Source: an uncultured Pseudomonadota bacterium
GTDB taxonomy: Bacteria > Pseudomonadota > Alphaproteobacteria > Rs-D84
Assembly: GCA_902793435.1 (NCBI GenBank)
Contig: CADBDF010000002.1
Span: 71,623 to 135,622, forward strand
DNA length: 64,000 bases
Direction: 5' to 3'
Of the stretch, positions 45,748-54,240 are shown piece after piece. The position numbers and the translations under genes were made by a program. How positions within the stretch are numbered: the first letter of the stretch is position 1; every line of letters starts with the position of its first letter. Under the pieces are notes generated by a model, which was not told the DNA's origin, ran no database searches, and saw only the letters and a program-made list of their open reading frames with translations.

Positions 45748-48219
45748 ATGAAAACAAAAATATTTTTGCGTTTTGGATTGTTAATTGCGATATGTACTGT
45801 GGCGATGCCTGGGTATTGTGCAACACAATCGTCGGGAAAACAATCTGCAATTCAACAAGGAACCAAAGTGCGCGCAAAAACAACCGCTGCGGGTTTATAT
45901 AACCAAGAATGTTATGATGCGTATTATGGGTGTATGGATCAATTCTGTATTTTGGATAACGAAGATGGTGGGTCGTGCGCATGCAGTGATAAAAATGCTG
46001 GATACGAGGCGCGTTTAGAAAAAATCAAAGATACTTTGACCGAAGCCGACAGATTGCAAACCGAAGAAGTTGAACGTGTTCAGGCGGGTGCAAATGCAGA
46101 TATTATTTTCAATGGCACACGCACATACGATAAAAAAACTGGCGATGTTGCAAAAAACACAAAATCTGCGGCGGAAAAACGTAAATCTTTGTTGGCAATG
46201 TGGGACGATACATTGGACGACGATGAAGATTTCGATATGGAATCGATTGCTGATAAAACAGGTGATGCTTTGTTTGCGGCGGCTGACGAATTATGTCGTT
46301 CACAGATTGATATGGATACATGTTCCAAAGATGTTAAATTATTAAAACAAATGTATTCGCGTCAAATCGTGTCTGATTGTAAAGGATTTGAAAACAGTAT
46401 TGTAAAAAAAGAGGCCGAGGCAAAAACGGCTATGAATTCTGCAAATGCGGCGGTCCGTAGCGCATTAAAAGAATCCTTGGATTCGGCGAATAAATACGAT
46501 CGTGGCGAATGTATGGTTGAATATAAAAAATGTATGCAAGGTCCAGATGCATGTGGCAAAGATTGGGAAAATTGTGTATTTACGGTCGCAGGGGAAAATA
46601 TGCAAAATAATGCGGCGGTCAGCACAGCCAAAACAACAGTAAAAAAAACAGTCACGTATGATATAACCGATTCTACGATGGAAATTTTGGAATCCAAACG
46701 TTATATTTGTGAACGCGTGTTGGACCAATGTGTCGCGGTGCGTGATAATGTTTGGAACGATTTCTTGAGAGAGGCCGCACCAACAATTAAATTGGCAGAA
46801 AGCAAAATAGAATCTAAAAAACGTCAATCTTGCCTGACTGATATTTCTAATTGTATTCAAAAGGCATGTAAAGATGATATTGTTGGCAAAGGCAAGGATA
46901 CAATGGACGCATGTTTGGCGCGTCCTGATATGGCACGCAGTTTCTGCAAGGTTGAAATTGACCCATGCGAACGTATGGAACCCCAGATTTGGGCTTATGT
47001 CAAAGATAAATTGGCGGCTATGCGTGTTGATGCATGTACCGAAGAGGTTAAAGATTGCTTTACCGATGAAAATCGTTGCGGCGAAAATTTCCAAAATTGT
47101 ATAGGTATGGATTACGCATATATTCATGATATTTGCCCAATCGATAAATTGGTCGTTTGCAAACAGGCAAATCCAAAATTCTCGATGAGTGATTTGGATT
47201 CTATGTTGATGGGATTGTATTTGAATATTGATAATGCAGCGCTGGAAACATGTCAAAACTTGGTGACCGAAAAAATGACCGAGGTTTGTGGTTCCACCAC
47301 AGATTGCAATAAATTTGCGGCGGACGAGGTTATTGGAACTGGCTCGTTGCGTTCGCAAAAAGATGGAGATGTTTATCGTGTGACTGGTATGATTTCATTC
47401 GGTTCGATTAAAATGGGTGACGCATCTGGTAATACAAAAGATGGTGAAGATAAATTGGGACCGGGTGAAATTGGTGTTGCAGATTATATCGCGCGTGTGA
47501 ATGAAAAGTTTTCAAACGAACCTGATGCAGATGCGATTATCCCAACAATTGAAGAAGAATTGAATAATATTGCGGGGACAATCAATCGCACAATTGAAAT
47601 GATTGAACAAGACCCCAAGATTCAATATTGCATCACTGGGCGTAATCTGGATCAAATTACGGGTAAAAAAGGCGAAAAAACAACAGCGCGTTTCCCGAAT
47701 TTATTGAATCAGGTTAAAATGCAAATTGCTATTTCGGCTTTACGTCAAGCCCAAGATAATTATAACAAAAAATTTACCGCGGCTGTGGCTGAGGCAACCA
47801 AAGACGCGTCTTTGGATGTAGCGCAATATATGTGTCAAAAGGTTGCACAACCAAAATTGCCGTCGATATTTAAAAAACTAGCCAAATCAGGTGAAGGTGT
47901 TTCTACGCCGGGGGTTGATGCTGAATTAACACCACCATACGCAATCAGTTATGATGTTAGCACAGGTTTGAAAAATGTTGATTTGACCAAGAATGGTGCG
48001 GCGTCTAACAGTTATGGCTTTACAAACAGCAACGGCAGTGGGGGAAGTACCACAACCGAAGTTACCGCTACGTTCAGTCGTGACACCAGAAATTGTCATA
48101 TTTGTCGTACGGTTTCAACACAAAGTTGTTCGACCAAAGGTGGAAATTGGTTCAGAAAAGCGAATACTTCTTGTTCGACATCTGCCAAGGATCCTGTTTG
48201 CGAAGATGTTAAAATGTAG
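45748..48219 (+). CDS. Giant secreted cysteine-rich protein (same family)
   Basis: The identical RBS context ggagagagatATG is used. The signal peptide is MKTKIFLRFGLLIAICTVAMPGYCA. CYDAYYGCMDQFCILDNEDGGSCACSD is present. It is collinear with the 43501 protein (NKYNRGECLLVF vs NKYDRGECMVEY; CEDVLDQCMAVRDDV vs CERVLDQCVAVRDNV). Confidence 0.8.
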   Translation: MKTKIFLRFGLLIAICTVAMPGYCATQSSGKQSAIQQGTKVRAKTTAAGLYNQECYDAYYGCMDQFCILDNEDGGSCACSDKNAGYEARLEKIKDTLTEADRLQTEEVERVQAGANADIIFNGTRTYDKKTGDVAKNTKSAAEKRKSLLAMWDDTLDDDEDFDMESIADKTGDALFAAADELCRSQIDMDTCSKDVKLLKQMYSRQIVSDCKGFENSIVKKEAEAKTAMNSANAAVRSALKESLDSANKYDRGECMVEYKKCMQGPDACGKDWENCVFTVAGENMQNNAAVSTAKTTVKKTVTYDITDSTMEILESKRYICERVLDQCVAVRDNVWNDFLREAAPTIKLAESKIESKKRQSCLTDISNCIQKACKDDIVGKGKDTMDACLARPDMARSFCKVEIDPCERMEPQIWAYVKDKLAAMRVDACTEEVKDCFTDENRCGENFQNCIGMDYAYIHDICPIDKLVVCKQANPKFSMSDLDSMLMGLYLNIDNAALETCQNLVTEKMTEVCGSTTDCNKFAADEVIGTGSLRSQKDGDVYRVTGMISFGSIKMGDASGNTKDGEDKLGPGEIGVADYIARVNEKFSNEPDADAIIPTIEEELNNIAGTINRTIEMIEQDPKIQYCITGRNLDQITGKKGEKTTARFPNLLNQVKMQIAISALRQAQDNYNKKFTAAVAEATKDASLDVAQYMCQKVAQPKLPSIFKKLAKSGEGVSTPGVDAELTPPYAISYDVSTGLKNVDLTKNGAASNSYGFTNSNGSGGSTTTEVTATFSRDTRNCHICRTVSTQSCSTKGGNWFRKANTSCSTSAKDPVCEDVKM

Positions 48220-48231
48220 GGGGTATTCGAT

Positions 48232-49140
48232 ATGGATAATATGAACGAAGTTGTCACCGCAAATATTCAAAATGATTTGCAACATGTGGCAGAAGTACAA
48301 CAAACTTTGACTGAACCCAAGACCGCGGAACAATGGCATGATTTAATCAATGGATTATTGGGTGGTGCGGTGGATTTTTGTCTGCGTTTGATTGCGGCGG
48401 TTGCAATTTTGTGGGTTGGTATGTGGATTGCAAAACGTGTAACCCGTTCTGTTAAATTTGCAATGGAACGGCGTGAATTAGAACCGTCGTTGATTTCATT
48501 TACATCATCATTTGTGAATATATTGGCGCGTATTTTTGTTATTATCATAGTCCTGACAACGGTTGGTGTGCAAATGACATCAATTGTGGCGGTGTTGGGT
48601 GCCGGTGCATTGGCGGTCGGTATGGCATTGTCTGGGACTTTCCAGAATTTTGCCGGTGGTATAATTATTTTGTTTTTAAAACCGTTCAAAGTCGGTGATG
48701 TGATTCAAACGGCATCTGGTCGAACTGGCACAGTTAAAAAAATTATGATTTTTACAACTGAATTACATACATTTGATAACCAGGCCGTATTTATTCCAAA
48801 TGGGCCGTTGGCAAATGGTGAAATTATAAATTTGTCAGACAGAAAAAATCGTCGCGCAGAAATCAAAATCGGTATTTCATATGGCGACAGTGTTGATGCG
48901 GCACGCAAAGTGATATTGGATACATTGGCGGCGGATTCACGCATATTAAAAACCCCAGAACCGTCTGTGTTTGTCAGTGACCTGGGTGACAGTGCGGTTG
49001 TTTTGACGGTATGGTATTGGACAAAGTATGCAGATAATTTTGCGACCATGGGTGATATACGCGAAGCATTGTATAAGGCATTGCCGAAAAAGAAGGTTAA
49101 TTTTCCATTTCCGCAAGTTGATGTCCATGTTAAAAAATAA
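48232..49140 (+). CDS. Mechanosensitive ion channel (MscS family)
   Basis: TM helices are followed by GAGALAVGMALSGTFQNFAGGIIILFLKPFKVGDVI, which is typical of the MscS pore helix and beta domain. Confidence 0.85.
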   Translation: MDNMNEVVTANIQNDLQHVAEVQQTLTEPKTAEQWHDLINGLLGGAVDFCLRLIAAVAILWVGMWIAKRVTRSVKFAMERRELEPSLISFTSSFVNILARIFVIIIVLTTVGVQMTSIVAVLGAGALAVGMALSGTFQNFAGGIIILFLKPFKVGDVIQTASGRTGTVKKIMIFTTELHTFDNQAVFIPNGPLANGEIINLSDRKNRRAEIKIGISYGDSVDAARKVILDTLAADSRILKTPEPSVFVSDLGDSAVVLTVWYWTKYADNFATMGDIREALYKALPKKKVNFPFPQVDVHVKK

Positions 49141-49144
49141 AAGA

Positions 49145-49172
49145 AACCCCTACAAATGTGGGGATTTTTTTT
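49145..49172 (+). terminator. Intrinsic terminator
   Basis: A cccc/gggg hairpin is followed by a T-run. Confidence 0.55.
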
Positions 49173-49182
49173 AATACAACCG

Positions 49183-49203
49183 GTCTAAAAAAAACCTAGG
49201 TTT
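49183..49203. promoter_or_regulatory. Operator-like site, copy 1 (contains the perfect palindrome AAACCTAGGTTT)
   Basis: The sequence gtctaaaaaaaacctaggttt is identical to 49292-49312. Confidence 0.4.
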
Positions 49204-49291
49204 AAAAGCAACAACTTTTTTCAAAAAAATGAAAATTTACTTTTATCGTAAAATCAATAATTTATCAAAAATCGCAATTCGCCGTTTGGGT

Positions 49292-49312
49292 GTCTAAAAA
49301 AAACCTAGGTTT
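49292..49312. promoter_or_regulatory. Operator-like site, copy 2, abutting the -10 element of gene B
   Basis: This identical 21-mer lies 109 bp downstream of copy 1 and ends 4 nt before tgtataat. Confidence 0.4.
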
Positions 49313-49314
49313 TT

Positions 49315-49322
49315 TGTATAAT
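49315..49322 (+). promoter_or_regulatory. -10 promoter element (TGTATAAT)
   Basis: The sequence tgtataat lies ~60 nt upstream of ATG 49383. Confidence 0.4.
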
Positions 49323-49382
49323 CACAATATAGTAAAAAACCGCGGATTTCCGCCAGTTTATAAAATCGAGAGAGTTGCGAAA

Positions 49383-51428
49383 ATGTCTGCAAAATGTGCA
49401 TTTTTTGGTGTTTTACAAAAAATAGTGGTGATTTGCTGTGCCATATTTTTTGGATTTGCCAACGCATTTGCCGCAAATTTACCCGCCGGATATACGGAAT
49501 TGGAATATATCGAATCCACCGGCACACAGTACATTGATACGGGATATAAACCAAAAACAGGTGATAAAATCAGAATTGTTTATCAGTATAACTCGTTAAC
49601 TGGTGGTGGTAGTGGGTATGATGCTGTAGCGATATTTGGTTGTACGGATGAGGCTTCGGCTACGGATGCTGGCAATGGTGTTGCGCGAGTAATTCAATGG
49701 GAAAACGCTATCAACCGTATAGCGTGGGGGAGCGGAACAAATTCCGTAGTAGGCAATCTTACATACAATAGCGCAACAGGTGTATGGTATGACTTGGTAT
49801 GCGATAATGGCGTATTCACTATTAACGACACACAACTTGGCACGACAAGTGCAAATTCATTTTCTGCTAATTTTTCAATGTATTTGTTTGCAAGAAATAC
49901 AGGTGGAACAGCAGGACTTATAACAAAAGGTAAAATACAAATTGCGCAAATATGGGACAATGGCACTCTTGTTCGAAATATGGTCCCTGCGAAAAATTCG
50001 TCTGGTGTGGTTGGTATGTATGATACGGTTAACGATGTATTTTATCAAAATGCCGGCACCGGGACATTTACCGCGGGGCCGGTGGTGGTGACAAATTCTG
50101 GGGCGATATCGTCGGTGACTGTGGCGGGTTTGGTTGCACAAAACGGCACCCCAACACCAAACACACCTGTTGCAATCAACACAAACAATGGGGTGGTGAA
50201 GGTAAGTAAGAATTTGTTTGATGTTAATAATGTGGAAATACAAGCGAACACTTCTATTGCCACAGACGGTTCATTAGTAACTAATGCTTTAACAAAAGTT
50301 TGTATGACATACTTACCAGTTAAACCAAATACTACATATACAATAAGTGGTGATGTTTTAGGGGGCGATTCAGGTGCAGGCAATGCGGTATATTTTCGAC
50401 TGGTAGAATATACCTCATCTAAGCAATTCATTACCCGCGGTGCGGGAGTTCTCGGTTCATCTTATACATTCACAACTGGTGCAGACACATATTTTGTAAG
50501 ATTTCATTGTTTAACCAGAGCAGACCTAAACACATATCAACTCGAACAAGGTTCAACTGCAACACCTTATCATCCTTACGGTCAAATCTACACCGATGGC
50601 GAGGTTGAAACGATTGCGGACAGTGCGAATCATACGGCGAATGTGGCGACTTTGTTGGGTATTGGCGATTACCGTGACACACAAAATATCAACACTGGCG
50701 CAATCACCCGCAATGTTGGGGTAAAGGTGCTGGATGGAACGGAGAGTTTTGTTACAAATGTTATAACGGGCTGTTATGCTTTAAAGCCTTACATTGGTGC
50801 AGGGAATTTTGGTGATAAAACTGTGTATAGTTCTCATCTAAAAAGCACAGCAGCGATACCTGCTTTTGGTTCAAGGGATGGTTATGCGTTTATCGTAAAT
50901 GCTGGTGATGACTATACATTAGCTTTTGGAGGAACGGGCACATGGTCTTCTCTTTCTGCATTCAAACAATTCCTTGCCGAACAATATGCCGCAGGCACAC
51001 CTGTAATCGTTGTCTATCCACTTAAAACACCGACAACGGAATCTGTTGCGGGACAGACCATGACCACCGCCCCTGTCGATAATCGCACAGGCGGTGTGAC
51101 CGGTATGACCATTACAACCCTGTTGTCGTCGGGCGCCAGTGTTGTCACAACAATCGCCGCCAATGCAATCAAAATTGCCACAACTGCGTATAACACTGCG
51201 CGGTTTAGTCCGGTTGTAAATGATTTAAATACCACGATTGCGACCATACGCGATATCGTGACGAATACGATAAATCAAACCGCCGCAATCGCAAGTTTGC
51301 AAGCGGACAAGCAGACCCGCCCGGACGAACAATGCCCCGCCGGCAAAAAATGTTTATTGGTTGAAACCGAAGAAAACGGTGTTATTGTTCCGCATTGGTT
51401 CCCAATAATAGAAGTCCCCGAAGATTAA
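49383..51428 (+). CDS. Exported tail-fibre-like mosaic protein B (paralog of 38615..39985) with an extra N-terminal domain
   Basis: The RBS gagagag precedes ATG 49383, and the listed GTG 49290 lies inside the operator. The signal peptide ends FANAFA. The N-terminal domain is LPAGYTELEYIESTGTQYIDTG...GMYDTVNDVFYQNAGTGTFTAGP, followed by blocks 1-3 shared with gene A. Confidence 0.75.
   Translation: MSAKCAFFGVLQKIVVICCAIFFGFANAFAANLPAGYTELEYIESTGTQYIDTGYKPKTGDKIRIVYQYNSLTGGGSGYDAVAIFGCTDEASATDAGNGVARVIQWENAINRIAWGSGTNSVVGNLTYNSATGVWYDLVCDNGVFTINDTQLGTTSANSFSANFSMYLFARNTGGTAGLITKGKIQIAQIWDNGTLVRNMVPAKNSSGVVGMYDTVNDVFYQNAGTGTFTAGPVVVTNSGAISSVTVAGLVAQNGTPTPNTPVAINTNNGVVKVSKNLFDVNNVEIQANTSIATDGSLVTNALTKVCMTYLPVKPNTTYTISGDVLGGDSGAGNAVYFRLVEYTSSKQFITRGAGVLGSSYTFTTGADTYFVRFHCLTRADLNTYQLEQGSTATPYHPYGQIYTDGEVETIADSANHTANVATLLGIGDYRDTQNINTGAITRNVGVKVLDGTESFVTNVITGCYALKPYIGAGNFGDKTVYSSHLKSTAAIPAFGSRDGYAFIVNAGDDYTLAFGGTGTWSSLSAFKQFLAEQYAAGTPVIVVYPLKTPTTESVAGQTMTTAPVDNRTGGVTGMTITTLLSSGASVVTTIAANAIKIATTAYNTARFSPVVNDLNTTIATIRDIVTNTINQTAAIASLQADKQTRPDEQCPAGKKCLLVETEENGVIVPHWFPIIEVPED
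50091..50222 (+). repeat. Inverted homology block 1, partner 39791-39922
   Basis: See the partner entry. Confidence 0.75.
50538..50744 (+). repeat. Inverted homology block 2, partner 39266-39472
   Basis: See the partner entry. Confidence 0.85.
51036..51410 (+). repeat. Inverted homology block 3, partner 38630-39004
   Basis: See the partner entry. Confidence 0.8.
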
Positions 51429-51579
51429 AAAATGCCCGATTGGGTGTTTTTTTTTATTTTCAAACTGCAATAGATGATACATTTTTGTTGCCAATCAATC
51501 CTATATGTTTTGTTGGGGTGGGGCGGTATAATTGTGTTGTGTAAATGATATAAACTTTTAACCAATGGAGAGAAAACAC

Positions 51580-51990
51580 ATGAAAAAAATTTGCACTTTT
51601 GCGGTGTTGTCTGTGTTTGCGTCTGGTGCTGCGTTTGCGGGTGCCGGGATGCATGCGGATAATCATAATATGAATAATAATGGAACAAATACTATGACAA
51701 TGACAACGGTTGTCGAACCGGTGGTTGATACCATTGTGACTGTTGAACAAATACCAAATATGATGGATAATCAAAATGTCGTTATGACAGGTTATTTGAT
51801 TGAAAACCTGGGCGATGAAATGTATGTGTTCCAAGATTCAACCGGAACAATCCATGTTGAAATTGAACCTGTGGTGTTGGGTGAATTGGTTATCATGCCG
51901 GAAACAAAAATGAAAATCAAAGGTGAAATAGACAAAGGTGATAATGGCGAACCTGATGTTATAGAGGTCGATTATATTACAACTATGTAA
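51580..51990 (+). CDS. YgiW/YdeI-family periplasmic OB-fold (BOF) stress protein
   Basis: A signal peptide is present. VTVEQIPNMMDNQNVVMTGYLIENLGDEMYVFQDSTGTIHVEIE...KIKGEIDK matches the YgiW pattern. The RBS ggagag precedes ATG 51580. Confidence 0.7.
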   Translation: MKKICTFAVLSVFASGAAFAGAGMHADNHNMNNNGTNTMTMTTVVEPVVDTIVTVEQIPNMMDNQNVVMTGYLIENLGDEMYVFQDSTGTIHVEIEPVVLGELVIMPETKMKIKGEIDKGDNGEPDVIEVDYITTM

Positions 51991-52027
51991 TTTTTTTACT
52001 TTGTTTTTTTGCGATTGTTATGTTTTT

Positions 52028-52057
52028 CCACCCATATTATCTTATGGGTGGTTTTTT
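52028..52057 (+). terminator. Intrinsic terminator
   Basis: The stem ccaccca/tgggtgg is followed by a T-run. Confidence 0.65.
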
Positions 52058-52340
52058 GCTATAAAATTGTCTTGATATTCTTTTAATTTCTTTGATAAAA
52101 TGGATTTGAACTTAATGGGAATTGGGTTCGGGGCTTTGATAGGCTTTTGGTATGTTCGGCATATAACGCGACATCGTGTTCGGGTTTGCGGTGTCGCGTG
52201 TATGTCGTTATTTTTTCCAATAAATTACCCCATGATTTTTTGCAAGATTGGGGGGCCGTTAATGTATAAAATACTGATTCGTTCGGGAAGATTAACGGAG
52301 TCAAAGCATACTGATTTATCAACCCCCCGACCACATATTT

Positions 52341-52369
52341 AAAAAAAAACGCCATTTGGCGTTTTTTTT
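52341..52369. terminator. Bidirectional intrinsic terminator
   Basis: The sequence acgcca-ttt-ggcgt is flanked by a 9-nt A-run and an 8-nt T-run. Confidence 0.65.
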
Positions 52370-52385
52370 GTGTGTGGGAATTCCT

Positions 52386-53564
52386 TTATCGGTTTGTTAA
52401 TTGTAATTCTATACGACGATTTTTCTGTAATGCCGCCGGTGTTTTGCCCAATTCAATCGGGTGTAAATCACCAAACCCAGATGGCACCAAACGACGACGC
52501 GATACACCGTTTTTCGCCAATTCATCAACAACCGCACTGGCGCGCAACATTGATAATTGTAAATTGTCGCGATATCCATGTGTGCCGGCAACCACAGGTT
52601 TGTTGTCGGTGTGACCATCAACACGAATTATCCATTTTACGTTCGGTGAAATCTTGTTTTCAAAATCTTTGATTACATTTGCAATCGCACCCAGTTGTTT
52701 TTTTCCATCAGGCGACAAATTATATTTGCCCGATGGAAATAAAATGTCACTGGAAATTATAAATCTGTCGCCATCAGGACGCATAATTGTTCGGTCGCCA
52801 ATTGCGTCTTTGATTGCGCGATAAAATTCCGATTGGTATTGTGCCATTTCATTTAATTCGGCAACTTTGTCAGCCAATGCGCGATTTAAATGGTTCGACA
52901 TGTTGATATATTCTGCCTGGACCGCGGCAACATCGGCGCGTGCGCGTGATAATTCAAATTGCAATTTTTCCATTTCTGCGTTTGATACAGCAACCTGGAC
53001 ATCGGCCTGGGCATCTAATTTTTTCTGTAAATCGTCAATTTGTGCGATTAATGTTGCACGTTCGTTTTTCTGGCGATTAACCTGTTTTTCCAATTCTGCA
53101 ATTTGTTCTTCGTATTGAGTTGTTAAATTGCGGTTGGATTGTAATTCGGTCACCTGGGCCTGTAAAGATGCGGTTTGTGATTCCAATGCCTGTAATTTTT
53201 GTTCGTATGCATTACTTAAATCGACAACACTGGCAGATTGCGCAGCCATGGTGGCCTCGTTAGAATTGATTTCTTCGCGTGCCATTAACAGCAGACGTTT
53301 TGCTTCTTGTTCTTCGTTTTCCATTTGTTGAATCAACGCAGCCTGTTCAGCGTTTGTTTGGCGCAATTCGGTCACAGTACGAATGCCACTGTTTTTATTA
53401 AATACCGATGTGGTCGTCCATAAAAACACAAATACTATTAATAAAAATATCAAAATGATTACCAGGTTCGAAAATAAATCAACAAACCCAGGCCATGCAT
53501 TTGTTTTTTCTTTATATCTTATGTTTAACATTGCTCTCTCCGTTGTTATTGTTTGGAACGTCAC
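52386..53564 (-). CDS. MotB/OmpA-like peptidoglycan-binding stator subunit with a long internal coiled coil
   Basis: The N-terminal TM region has a conserved Asp (WPGFVDLFSNLVIILIFLL). About 200 aa of heptad-like Gln/Glu/Ala-rich sequence follow. The C-terminal OmpA-like domain is IRVDGHTDNKPV...NLQLSMLRASAVVDEL...NRRIELQL. The start is uncertain (53564 or 53531). Confidence 0.7.
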   Translation of the reverse strand: MTFQTITTERAMLNIRYKEKTNAWPGFVDLFSNLVIILIFLLIVFVFLWTTTSVFNKNSGIRTVTELRQTNAEQAALIQQMENEEQEAKRLLLMAREEINSNEATMAAQSASVVDLSNAYEQKLQALESQTASLQAQVTELQSNRNLTTQYEEQIAELEKQVNRQKNERATLIAQIDDLQKKLDAQADVQVAVSNAEMEKLQFELSRARADVAAVQAEYINMSNHLNRALADKVAELNEMAQYQSEFYRAIKDAIGDRTIMRPDGDRFIISSDILFPSGKYNLSPDGKKQLGAIANVIKDFENKISPNVKWIIRVDGHTDNKPVVAGTHGYRDNLQLSMLRASAVVDELAKNGVSRRRLVPSGFGDLHPIELGKTPAALQKNRRIELQLTNR

Positions 53565-54240
53565 ATTTTACATTATGTGTATGTGCCGCCATATAATCAC
53601 CAATTTCTGTGTATATCGCACTGTGCGCGCGACCCACCATGTGTGATAAGAAACCCATAATCAAACTGGCCCCCAGTCCCAAAAGTGATGATGTAAATGC
53701 CGTTGCCATGCCAGCCAATGGCCCAGATAATCCGTTTTGAATCGATGTCATTACATCTGCATCATTTATGTTTAATCCCGCAATTAATTCGTGAAATCCA
53801 CCCAATGTCGTGACCAAACCCCAAAACGTTCCCAATAACCCAAGAAATATCAAAGTGTTTGTTATGTATCGAATCGATTCCAATGTGTCGTCAAAACGAA
53901 CAGCCACCATTTCCATCATGCCGGATAATGTATCGGTATAAATTCTGCATGGGCGTTTTTGTAATACCAATGCGATTTGTCGTAAAATGTATGGTGGTAA
54001 ATTTATATTGCGGCGACCATGTGTGTATGCGTTCAACCATTTGTATTCAGGCAACAGGCGAAACATTTCATAAAAACACAGTCCAATTCCAAATAATCCA
54101 ACACCAATAATGATGCCGTTGATTATGTAATTTGTCGATGCCATCTGCAAGAAAGCGTCATGAAAAATTCCAAACAAAATCGCCAATATCACTATGAAAA
54201 GTGACATGTAATTCAAAATGCGATGAAATTGGTTTGTCAT
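53512..54240 (-). CDS. MotA/TolQ/ExbB-family proton channel subunit
   Basis: FLGLLGTFWGLVTTLGGF and LAGMATAFTSSLLGLGASLIMGF are family motifs. The RBS agaggga precedes ATG 54240. Confidence 0.75.
   Translation of the reverse strand: MTNQFHRILNYMSLFIVILAILFGIFHDAFLQMASTNYIINGIIIGVGLFGIGLCFYEMFRLLPEYKWLNAYTHGRRNINLPPYILRQIALVLQKRPCRIYTDTLSGMMEMVAVRFDDTLESIRYITNTLIFLGLLGTFWGLVTTLGGFHELIAGLNINDADVMTSIQNGLSGPLAGMATAFTSSLLGLGASLIMGFLSHMVGRAHSAIYTEIGDYMAAHTHNVKCDVPNNNNGESNVKHKI

Noticed and set aside
46465-47358. A 297-aa ORF on the minus strand, and similar long antisense ORFs (44983-45657, 2598-3128, 5765-6310, 37954-38547, 48267-48689).
   Set aside because: Each lies entirely inside a strongly supported sense-strand gene that has a signal peptide, conserved motifs or a clear family. 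Their translations are low-complexity (Phe/Ile/Cys/His-rich) and lack RBS or promoter context. They are shadow ORFs.
38615-51428. The tail-fibre-like genes as part of a prophage, tailocin or contractile injection system.
   Set aside because: No capsid, terminase, portal, sheath, tube, baseplate, integrase or lysis genes occur in or around the segment. Both proteins also carry Sec signal peptides, which virion fibres do not.
52083-52355. Overlapping ORFs on both strands (90 aa minus, 80 aa plus) between the YgiW-like gene and the MotB-like gene.
   Set aside because: The two are mutually exclusive, and neither has a convincing RBS or family resemblance. The region is bounded by two terminators and could hold a small gene or RNA, but I cannot support either call.
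52386-54240. The MotA/MotB-like pair as a Zorya-type anti-phage system.
   Set aside because: ZorA is a long MotA-like protein with its own extended tail, and Zorya operons include ZorC/D or ZorE-type effectors. Here the MotA-like protein is short, the coiled coil is on the MotB-like subunit, and no nuclease or helicase effector gene is adjacent.
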